This document shows, one piece after another, positions 20,781 through 30,266 of a DNA stretch of 30,266 nt. A program made the position numbers and the translations under genes. The stretch lies in NCBI GenBank assembly GCA_000388065.2, contig KB932201.1. The stretch is one strand, 5' to 3'. A model generated the notes under the pieces. The model was not told the origin of the DNA, searched no databases, and saw nothing but the letters and a program-made list of their open reading frames with translations. Every line of letters starts with the position of its first letter. Within the stretch, counting starts at the first letter, position 1. Source of the DNA: Fonticula alba ATCC 38817. Its lineage: Eukaryota; Protista; Nucleariida.

Positions 20781-21696
20781 CGAGCTACGCGCGCGGTGGG
20801 CCGACGAGGGGACAGAGGCCGGGGGACAGAGGGAGGGACAGGGAGGGGGGGGGAGGAGCGTGCGACGGCCGGTCGTCGAGAGGGAGGCAAAGAGGGGCGA
20901 GGGGAAGGGGAGCGGCGTGGGGCGGCGGTTGCTTCCCCACCCCGGCCTCCAGGCCAGCGAGGCTGAGGCCTTTTGTCCGTGCGAGCAAAGGGGGAAATGC
21001 AGGACGCGGGACGGGGACATGGCGATCCGGCGCCCGTGGGCCAGCCCTGGCCCGGCGAAACTAGACACAAATGCGCGGAGGACGGTGGCGAGCGCATGCC
21101 CGCGGCCCCATGGTCCCTGGTGCCCCCCCCCCTCCCCTCCGTCCCGCGAACCACTCGCCCGGGCCCAGGAGGAGGTGTCTCAAGACGAGGCGCCGCTCTC
21201 CACTGGCACCACACGAGCTACCTCTCTCTCCGGCCGCGCTTGCCGGGACCCCGTGCGCCGGGGGCCCTCGTGCGGTGCTGCCGTTACATGTGGACTGCTG
21301 CACCGGGTCCTGGTGAGATCTCCTCCGGCCATGGGGCTCACTCAGAGCCGAAGACAAACCCGCATGCATGGAGAAATAGCCGAGCTAAGGCACAGCGCAG
21401 GCTGACTGGAGGACGGTGACTCGGGGAGAGAGCACACAATACAGACACACACACACACATACACGCACACACGCAGGCGCTCGCGCTCACGCGCCGAAGC
21501 AATGGATGTCTGGGGGCGAGGGAGGCAGACACGGGCAGGGCGCGGGGGGCAAGGCGACGAGGGGGCGCGCGCGGGACACCGTAGTCGAGCGGGTGGAGAG
21601 ATCGACCATGTGATGACGCGTCCCAACGCATCGGAACACCATTCCGACATGCCCACGTTTTGGGATACCAGGCAGCCGGCCTGCCCACCCGCTGGC

Positions 21697-21731
21697 TCCT
21701 GGCCGCCCTGGCCGCTCTCTCCCCCCCCCCC
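21697..21731 (+). repeat. 35-nt dispersed duplicate, copy 1 (TCCTGGCCGCCCTGGCCGCTCTCT + C11)
   Basis: Identical to 25993-26027. Confidence 0.9.
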
Positions 21732-22107
21732 GCCCCCGGCCGCGATTTCCTTTCCTCGCCCTGGCTCCCCATGACGCACTCCGGCCCGCAATTCGCCGCC
21801 GACCTGACGATTTCTTGGCTCGACTTTCCTACGCGATCTGGTTGGCCGAAGCAGGCATTGGACCACAGAAAAGCACACGCCTTCCGGCTGGGCAGTCTGC
21901 TGTTGCCGTCAACGAGAAAGCGCTCCCTCTGTCACATGTACTTCTTTACTCTGTCCCCTCCTACACCCCCCCCTCCCCTCCCTCCCTCCCTGCCCGACCC
22001 CCAGCTCCGCCGTGTCTTTGCCCCCTCCTCACCCATCCCACCACTCACGTCTCGCGTGCCGTTCCATCCCTGCCGCAGCCAGCCACGCGCCACTCTTCTC
22101 CGAAACC

Positions 22108-22700
22108 ATGGTTCTCTACGAGCTCTTCTGCATTGCCCGTCCCTTCATTCCTCGTGTACGTATGCTGCCAACCTCCTGTCCTCGTGCGGTGTCTCCCGCG
22201 CAGGCACACGCGCACCATCATCAACAACAACAACAACAACAGGCCACTAACCAATTCGAGGGGGGGGGCGCAACAGCACGAGCTCCACAACCTTGTCAAG
22301 GCCACTGCCTTCATGGTTCTCGACAACAACGGTGTTGTGCGCGAGATCAACAGCCTCGGTGGCAATGTCCTTCCTTACAAGATGCGCGCCAACGCCACCA
22401 AGCCCTATGAAACCTTTGGAACGTGCGTCCCTGCGCGGCCAACTCCGGCCTCACTTCTCCCTCCCACTTGCCCTCTCTCGCTCTCCATGCATCTCGCTCT
22501 GACCTCCGTGAATCCCTTCTCCCGCCTGGCATAGCTACTACTCGGTGATGTTCGACTCTAGCCCTACCGTGGCCAATGCCCTGGCTCGCAAGCTCCGGAA
22601 TGACGACCGCCTCCTGCGGTTCACTGTCCTCAAGCAGGATGACCGCATGGCTCGCTATGGCTTCTACAACAAGCCCCAGACCGCGCTCAATGACAACTAA
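22108..22700 (+). CDS. MRPS6: Mitochondrial ribosomal protein bS6m (MRP17/MRPS6), 119 aa
   Basis: Exons 22108-22155, 22277-22422, 22535-22700. MVLYELFCIAR...VLDNNGVVREINSLG...LPYKMR...YYSVMFDSSP...LRNDDRLLRFTVLK matches the S6-family pattern; the eukaryotic MxLYEL start points to the mitochondrial form. Confidence 0.93.
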
Positions 22701-23062
22701 GAGTGCTCTCCTCCTGCCTCTTGATCCATTTTGGCCCTCTTCCCCTGCTTGCTGGCATCTCGCACTTTTGCGCAATTGTCCAAGTGACAGCAGTGTGAAT
22801 GAACTCACCCCTCGCCCCTGCCCCCAGCCAGGGGGCACGGGAACGCGGGGGAGGGGAAGGGACCTGCCCAGCTCAAATCCTCCCCTGGAGGCAGCCACAA
22901 GTCAAAGAATGCTGCCTGTCTCCTTTTTTTCTCTCCGTTTCCCCCTCCCCGACCTACGCCCAGTGACGTTGTGTCACCTCTGCCTGATCGACCGCATGTG
23001 CGCGTGTGCGCCTCACCCATAGATTTCTCCGTTTCCCCATACGTCTCTCGTAGCAAAAAAGC

Positions 23063-23073
23063 AATAAAATAAA
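23063..23073 (+). terminator. Putative polyadenylation signal (overlapping AATAAA) for the bS6m gene
   Basis: AATAAAATAAA about 360 nt after the stop, in otherwise GC-rich DNA. Confidence 0.45.
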
Positions 23074-23553
23074 AATTCCCCGACACAAGAGCCACACATC
23101 ATCGGGCAGTGGCAACCGGGAGAAGGAGAGTTGAAATGGGGCTGATGTGTAACAGGGAGGGCGCGCGGGCATGAAGATCTATGCATGTAGGCGGGCATGG
23201 AATCACCAGTGCAGAGGCGCTTTTCAAGAGGATATATTCGGGGAGAAGGAGGGAGGGAGGAAGTGAAAGGGAGTCCTCCACCTCAAGACAAGGAGGGGAA
23301 GGGGTGTTCCCAATAGAAGGAGAGGAAGGGGCGAAGGGCGACAAGAGAACAGGTGTAGCACCCGGGCCCAGTGTATGCGCACAAGATGGAGATAGAGGGA
23401 GAGAGGGGGGGGGAGTATGCGCACCACCGCAAGGAGGGGAGGAAGGGGGGGGGGGACAAGTTCAATGTGGAGTGAAAAGCGAGAGAGCGCGTGCAGGTCA
23501 TCTCGCTGAGCGGGGGGGGGGGGATCGAAAGTGAGCCCTGGGGGAGGATGCAC

Positions 23554-23727
23554 TTAGACACGGCGAGAGTACCAGCCGAGGCCGGCGCAGATCATGATGA
23601 AGAGCAGGGCCAGGCCGATCAGCAGGGCGAAGGTATCAGCAACACCGAAGGCCGCGGCGCCCGGAGCCATCAGGGGGATGGCGAGAGCCAGACCGGCGAC
23701 AACATTGCGAGTGATGGAGGTGGACAT
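23554..23727 (-). CDS. SMIM30: SMIM30-like (DUF4730) microprotein, 57 aa
   Basis: MSTSITRNVVAGLALAIPLMAPGAAAFGVADTFALLIGLALLFIMICAGLGWYSRRV*. Signal-like helix, then A-FGVAD-TFALLIG...ICAGLGWYSRR, colinear with recalled human SMIM30 (EA-VEAGD-AIALLLG...ICACLGVYARKR). ACACCATG context, with an acceptor AG 6 nt upstream. Confidence 0.85.
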   Translation of the reverse strand: MSTSITRNVVAGLALAIPLMAPGAAAFGVADTFALLIGLALLFIMICAGLGWYSRRV

Positions 23728-23888
23728 GGTGTTCTGTTGTCGGGCCGGCATGTGGGACAACGGAGGAGGGAGGAGAGAGGGAGGGTCAGTGGCGGTGAAT
23801 GAACGATGGGGGAAGCGAATGGAGATGAGAAGGACGGCGGACTGAGGGGGGGACGAAGAAGGTAATAGGAACGAGCAGGAGGAGAAAA

Positions 23889-23921
<33 letters not shown>

Positions 23922-25992
23922 GGGGGGGGGATGGTAAACGGTGGAGGAGGGGGCAGTGGGGGACAAGGGAGGGCGAGGGAGGGCGAGGGAGGGCGAAGGA
24001 GGAAGAGGCAGGGCGGCGACTTACGGAAAGAGGGGGATAGAACAGGGGGGAAGGATGCGGCAGGGAGGGAGCGCGTTTGCGGAGGGCGCATTTGCCTTGA
24101 GTCATGATCAGGCGGCAGAAAAAAGACCAGACGCGAGCCGGGGCAGGCCCGGAGCTGGGAGGCAACGAAACAGTCGTGCCGCACCTAGCCCGCGCCCCAG
24201 CGAACACACACATGCATGCGGGCCCATGCGCGTGCACGCGCGTGCACGCCAGTTCCTCGGGCGGAGCGCAGCAGCCTCCCCTGGCGGACGGGAGAACGGA
24301 GTCCGGCACGAGGGAGGTTAAAAAGAAAACAATAACAATATCCAGCTACAAGGGCAAATCGAGCCACAGGGCGTGCGTCAGCGCGTCATCACCACCACTC
24401 CACCGGCAGCACGGATCCAGTCAGGTTGGGTTGAAAAAAGCCCACCCCAGACATGGGAGACGGGCCGGCAGGGACAGAGGGCCGGGCCTTCGTCCGTGCC
24501 GGAGTTTTATCCGCCACTGGACGGGAGAAGGGGGGGGGGATGGACGAAGAAGAGCTCCCTGCCCTCGTAGGGGGACTGTCTGGAGCTCCGCCATCGGGTT
24601 TTCCTTCTCCTGCCAAAAGTCACGGTGCTAAGTCTCCCGCCCACACAAGCTGAGGGATGCAGGCGCGCCAGCACCCTCGCGCTCGGCAGACATTGGCGCC
24701 CTGCCCCGCTCCCTGTACTGGCCCCGACCGGGAAAAGGGGCAACAGCAGGGGGGGGTGCCCGCTGCCGGGAAACTGGCCGGAAGGAGGGTGCCCCAAAAG
24801 TGTGCAACCAGCCGGAGTCTCCCGGAAAGGGTGGCTCCGGCCGGAGCCTCAAGATGCACCCCTCCCTCTCCCGGCACCAGCACACACACACAGTGACGGA
24901 CACCCCCCGCANNNNNNNNNNNNNNNNNNNNNNNNNNNNNNNNNNNNNNNNNNNNNNNNNNNNNNNNCCCCCCCCCCCCCCGAAGGTGCCCGGTCTCTCT
25001 TGCCCCGCACACGACGACTTGGCGTGCGCCGGCGATAACCGCCCTCCAGGCATCCATGCACAGGTAAAGGCAAGCGCATGCTATTCGATTCCCAGCTGGC
25101 CACCAGCGGGGCACGGGCCACGCCACAGTGTCAGCGTTGCATGAAGCACACCCCCCACACCCGCGCACCTTGCCTCTCTCTGGAAGGGAGCGGAAAACCG
25201 GCTCCTCGGTCCGTCCCTAGCCGCAGCAGGAGGGCCCCTCCCGGGCGGTGGCGTGTTGTGATCACACCTTTTATTTATATGGAATATTATAAAACACACG
25301 CATGACTGGTGATAATGTGACACACAACAGGCAAACTGGTCTGAATTTGGACGGATTAGCCTGTTTCTGTTTACCCCCCCAGCCCCGGCCCGGCCCGGCC
25401 CGGCCACCCCGCCGGCACCATGTCCGCCCAACCATCCAAGGACCCGCGCCTCCTGCCGGCTGGCGTATTCGCTCGGGAAACGGAGGCCTTCACCCTCAGG
25501 CCAGCGTTGCCCACTCCCCCCCACGCGAGCATCCCTCAATCGGCCCGACCCTGCATTAGACCATCCCGCCTTGGTGGGCTTGTGGGTGGGCAAGTCCCCG
25601 ACATTGGTTGGCCGCCAGGCTCTGGCCGATGCGTGTTCTGTTCACTCTCTCTCTCCCNNNNNNNNNNNNNNNNNNNNNNNNNNNNNNNNNNNNNNNNNNN
25701 NNNNNNNNNNNNNNNNNNNNNNNNNNNNNNNNNNNNNNNNNNNNNNNNNNNNNNNNNNNNNNNNNNNNNNNNNNNNNNNNNNNNNNNNNNNNNNNNNNNN
25801 NNNNNNNNNNNNNNNNNNNNNNNNNNNNNNNNNNNNNNNNNNNNNNNNNNNNNNNNNNNNNNNNNNNNNNNNNNNNNNNNNNNNNNNNNNNNNNNNNNNN
25901 NNNNNNNNNNNNNNNNNNNNNNNNNNNNNNNNNNNNNNNNNNNNNNNNNNNNNNNNNNNNNNNNNNNNNNNNNNNNNNNNNNNNNNNNNNNN

Positions 25993-26016
25993 TCCTGGCC
26001 GCCCTGGCCGCTCTCT

Positions 26017-26027
<11 letters not shown>
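25993..26027 (+). repeat. 35-nt dispersed duplicate, copy 2, followed by a (CT)n tract
   Basis: Identical to 21697-21731; it starts exactly at a gap edge, so it may be longer. Confidence 0.85.
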
Positions 26028-26070
<43 letters not shown>

Positions 26071-26264
26071 CTCTCTCACTCCCTCCTGGAGGTGGGTGAC
26101 GCCGCACTCACCTGCCACACTTCTAAGGCTGGCAGCTTCCCACTCGGTGGGCAGATCGCTGGGCTAGATGACTCCAATCTCCTCGCTCCCCCAGCCCCTC
26201 CCCCTCGCCCGTCATCCTCACTTGCTTGCCTTCGCCTGCCTGTGTCGCCTCTATCACCAGAATC

Positions 26265-28933
26265 ATGTTCTCCATCTCGCGGTCGATTGCCCGGGGCGTC
26301 GCCCGCCCGGGCGTGTCCTCGGCCCTCTTCCGTTCGGGCTCTGCCACTGCCTTCCGGTACGTCCTCCCGTTGAAGCGCCGGATTTGCCGCGCCATGCCCG
26401 GCTCTGACCGCCCATCACCATCATGCCGTTCAATCCATCCTTGACAGCGCGTACTCTTCTCTCGACGTGTCGGCCACTCTGAAGACCAACGTCGACACCA
26501 CTTCGGACGTCTTTGCCGAGAATGATACTCGCATGCGCTCCCTCGTGGCCGATCTCAAGGCCAAGGTGGCCCAGTTTTCCCTCGGTGTGTCTTTCCTCGC
26601 CGTCCCCTGTCTTGTCCTCTTCCAATGCCCCTCTCCCCTCCTCTCCAACAGGGGGGCGGGGGATGGCGCACACGCACACACACACACGCGCACACGTACA
26701 CGCACACACTTGGCCGAGTATGTACACTGACTCGGTCCCGCCTGCTTGCCTTTGTTGTCTTGCTTCCCTGTCTTTGCGTCTCGACCAGGTGGCGGGGAGA
26801 CTTCCCGCGCTCGTCATACCTCCCGCGGCAAGCTCCTCCCTCGCGAGCGTGTTCGCCAGCTCCTGGACCCGGGCTCGCCCTTCCTGGAGTTCTCCCAGTT
26901 CGCCGGCTACCAAATGTATCCAGATGATGTTCCCTGCGCTGGCATCATCACCGGTATCGGCCGGATCAACGGGTGCGCCCCTCACNNNNNNNNNNNNNNN
27001 NNNNNNNNNNNNNNNNNNNNNNNNNNNNNNNNNNNNNNNNNNNNNNNNNNNNNNNNNNNNNNNNNNNNNNNNNNNNNNNNNNNNNNNNNNNNNNNNNNNN
27101 NNNNNNNNNNNNNNNNNNNNNNNNNNNNNNNNNNNNNNNNNNNNNNNNNNNNNNNNNNNNNNNNNNNNNNNNNNNNNNNNNNNNNNNNNNNNNNNNNNNN
27201 NNNNNNNNNNNNNNNNNNNNNNNNNNNNNNNNNNNNNNCACACACGCACACACACGCACACGCACACACATTTACGCCGATCCCCCTTTGGGATACCTTC
27301 GCGACCAACCTCACTCACATTCGCCCCTCGCGCATGTCCACAGTCGACTCCGGTGGTGCCAACCTCCCCAACCAGGCGGACGTCTTCCCCGACAAGGAGC
27401 ACTTCGGCCGGATTTTCTACAACCAGGCTACCATGTCCGCGGCCGGCATTCCGCAGATTGCCGTGGTCATGGGCTCCTGCACGGCCGGTGGTGCGTACGT
27501 CCCGGCGATGGCCGACGAGTCGATCATCGTCGCCAACCAGGGCACCATCTTCCTGGGCGGTCCGCCGCTGGTGCGCGCGGCCACTGGTGAGGTGGTCTCC
27601 GCCGAGGATCTGGGCGGTGCCGACGTGCACACCCGCGTGTCTGGTGTGGCCGACCACATGGCCGTGGACGATGCCCACGCGCTGGCCCTCACGCGCCGGC
27701 TCTTCCTGAACCTGAACCAGCGCCCGGGGGCGGACATTCGCACCCGGCTGCCGGTGCGCGAGCCGATCTACAACCCCGAGGAGATGTACGGCATTGTCGG
27801 CGACAACCTGCGCCGGCCGTTCGACGTGCGCGAGGTCATCGCCCGCATTGTCGATGGCTCGGAGTTCGACGAGTTCAAGGCCCGGTATGGCACCACCCTG
27901 GTGACTGGCTTTGCTCACCTCCATGGCTACCCGGTCGGTATTGTGGCCAACAATGGCATCCTCTTCGGCGAGTCGGCCGTCAAGGGTGCCCACTTCATCG
28001 AGCTCTGCGCCCAGCGCAAGATCCCCCTCATCTTCCTTCAGAACATCACCGGTACGCAGACGAGGACAAGGCAACTGGTGTCGGTCATGTCCCGGAGGGA
28101 GAGACCCCTGCCCCGCCTCGCCCCGCGCCCCGCCAGGAGACGCATCTATGCAGCCACCACTGACCGTGAGCATTTACTTCCCCCTCCCCCCCTCCCCCCC
28201 CCCCTGTCCTCCCTGGCCGGGCACACTTTCCAGGCTTCATGGTTGGCCAGTCCTACGAGCATGGCGGTATCGCCAAGCACGGTGCCAAGCTGGTGAATGC
28301 GGTGGCTTGCGCGAATGTGCCGAAGTTCACCGTGGTCATCGGTGGCAGCTTCGGTGCCGGCAACTACGGCATGTGCGGCCGTGCTTACGGCCCTCGGCAG
28401 ATGTGGATGTGGCCGAACTCTCGCATTTCGGTCATGGGTGGCGAGCAGGCCGCTGGCGTGTTGACCACCGTGGCCCGCGACCAAGCCGAGCGCTCTGGCA
28501 AGGAGTTCTCCACCGAGCGCGAGCGCTCCATCGCCGAGCCGATCCTTGCCCAGTACGAGCATGAGGGCCATCCTTACTTCTCCAGTGCCCGGTACGCATG
28601 GGCGAACCTTTCCCCCCCAAAAGCCTCCGCCTCTCTGTTGCCGGAATATTGCCATGCCCCCTGTGTCTCTTTTTTTTTCTTTCCCCGCCCGAGAGCCGCC
28701 CATCAGGAGGCAGGGAAGGGGATGCTGCCCCTATGTCGATGTGTCTCCGCCTTGACTAACCCCCTTCGGCTTGGCCCCTCACCCTGTGCCCAACACTGCA
28801 CCTTCGCAGCCTCTGGGACGATGGCATCATCGACCCGGTGGACACCCGCACCGTGCTTGGCCTTGGTCTGAGCGCCGCCATGAACCAGCCCTTCGACAAG
28901 GAGGATACCCGCTTCGGTGTCTTCCGCATGTAA
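26265..28933 (+). CDS. MCCC2: Methylcrotonoyl-CoA carboxylase beta subunit, mitochondrial (one internal exon hidden in an N gap)
   Basis: Exons 26265-26356, 26448-26584, 26789-26972, [missing], 27344-28051, 28234-28591, 28810-28933. Arg/Ser-rich presequence [15 protein letters not shown]; motifs [88 protein letters not shown]; C-terminus FGVFRM*. Confidence 0.98.
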
Positions 28934-29276
28934 ACGGAAGAGCCACACCAGCTGGGACGGGGGCTGGGTGGGGCCATGTCCGCCCCCGCCCCGGTCCCCT
29001 CTTTCCTCGGGAGGGTGTCGGTGCGCATGATCCGCGATATACCTTCCCCCCTCCCCCCGGTGTCGCGAATGTCGTGCCGGTGTCGGGCCTCTCTATGCAA
29101 AAACACTGCCGCTCCTTTCCCCCAACTTTCGCGCAGAGAGAGCCCTCCTCCCTCCGGCCTCTCCACTGTCCGTCGATTCCCTCCCCCTCCCCCCCCCTCT
29201 CTCTCTCCCCTTCTTCCCTTGTCTTTCCCACCGCAGTGCATGCGCACTCGCCCCCTCGCCACTTCTGTCGCCCAGA

Positions 29277-29282
29277 AATAAA
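29277..29282 (+). terminator. Putative polyadenylation signal for MCCC2
   Basis: AATAAA about 345 nt after the stop, a spacing similar to the bS6m gene. Confidence 0.4.
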
Positions 29283-30266
29283 TCCACCCTCCTGACGGGG
29301 GGGGGAGGGGAAGAGAGAGAAAGAGAAAGAGAGTGACAAACACAAATAGACACGTTGGACCGAAAAGGCATGTAGAAAGGGCCATCTACAAATCCAGAAC
29401 ATGGGCGTGATATCGGCGCACGTGCCGGCGGGGTCTGAGGCGAGTCGGTATTCGCTCCCCGGGCGGGGACGACCTGGGGCCGGGGTGACGGCGGCTGTGG
29501 CGAGAAACCGTAGGCCGTGTCGGAGCCCCTCTCCCTATTCTCTCCGGACGCCTGCCCCGCGCCCCGTCTCCCGCCCTGCTTCAGGTCTAGCTCTGGTGGA
29601 TGATCGACCGGAGTGCATGGCGCCGGGGCTCCATATGTTGGCGAGGGGAGGCGGGGGGGGGGGGGGGGGGGGGGCAGGACCAAGTTCNNNNNNNNNNGGG
29701 GGGGGGGGGGGGGGGGGGGCAGGACCAAGTTCAGCAGCTGCGACAGGCGGCCAAATGGCCGGTGTGTGGGCCTGCAAGTGGGGCTGGCTCGGGCGGGACG
29801 AGGGCCCCCGAGGGAAGCATGTGTGACAGGGCCGGGGGAACGTGGCTGTGGTTGGAGGCGAGGGCTCTGGGCCGCCCTCTGGTGAGTCTGCTAAAAGGGG
29901 GCCCGGGGGGTATCGCCAGGGGTGCTTGGAGCTGGCCATCCAGAGCTCAGGGGCCCAGGTGTGGGCCATCCGTGGCCAAATGCACCGGCGAAAAATCCGC
30001 CACCCGGCGAGTGGCTGTAGTTCCCCCATTTGGGCCGGGGGGGGGGGGCGCCCTGGCACCCTGGCCGGGGGGCGGGGGACGTTTATGCGCGTGGCATTCT
30101 TCAGGCGTCCCCGTATTGTTTATTCCAGACGGCCATTCTCTCCGGGCGGACTCTTTTTTTTTTCTTTTTTCTTGCCCGCGCGGGTCGGGGCGAAGGATGG
30201 CTGGGTGGGGGCAGGTGGCCCGGCGGGCGAGCGCCCATGCACAGCGGGGGACGGCTGGCCGGCGAG

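Noticed and set aside
17999-21214. 1071-aa ORF as a separate gene
   Set aside because: It is TMEM209 exon 2 extended upstream through the gap-containing intron and an off-frame reading of exon 1.
24310-25657. Possible gene or RNA gene in the SMIM30-MCCC2 divergent interval, including the AT-rich island near 25265-25370
   Set aside because: No ORF with coding-like composition, no consistent splice-site pairs, and no tRNA or snRNA signature recognisable by eye; most likely promoter or intergenic DNA.
6207-28933. Functional cluster of mitochondrial genes (Mpv17 family, bS6m, MCCC2)
   Set aside because: They belong to unrelated pathways, are interspersed with nuclear and cytosolic genes, and three of nine is compatible with chance.
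29653-29732. Direct repeat G(n)CAGGACCAAGTTC on both sides of a 10-N gap
   Set aside because: Typical unmerged contig overlap at a homopolymer; an assembly artefact.
28934-30266. ORFs and possible mobile element at the right end
   Set aside because: Low-complexity Pro/Gly/Arg-rich translations driven by G/C runs; no transposase, reverse transcriptase, TIR or LTR seen.

Overview
GC-rich, intron-rich eukaryotic genomic DNA from a draft assembly with nine N gaps. It is not prokaryotic, and I found no rRNA, tRNA, CRISPR array or transposase. Splicing exons by hand (GT-AG, phases checked) gives nine well-supported genes: UDP-glucose pyrophosphorylase (-, runs off the left edge), a Mpv17/PMP22-family membrane protein (+), an orphan Ser/Thr-rich type I membrane protein (+), a two-PHD-finger Rco1/Cph1-2/PHF12-like Sin3-HDAC subunit (+), a small VOC/glyoxalase-fold protein (+), a greatly expanded TMEM209-like nuclear-envelope protein with an inserted FG-repeat block (-), mitochondrial ribosomal protein bS6m (+), a 57-aa SMIM30-like microprotein (-) and methylcrotonyl-CoA carboxylase beta (+, one exon lost in a gap). 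A further spliced minus-strand gene at about 3.7-5.2 kb is possible but unresolved. The mix of fungal-type and animal-type genes, the GC content and the intron style suggest a unicellular opisthokont such as Fonticula alba; this is inference only. The best leads are the FG-repeat TMEM209, the conserved microprotein, the near-total +4C bias at 5' splice sites (23 of 24), the orphan surface protein whose introns are all phase 2, and a 35-nt element duplicated upstream of two mitochondrial genes. All family assignments rest on sequences and motifs recalled from memory, not on database searches.
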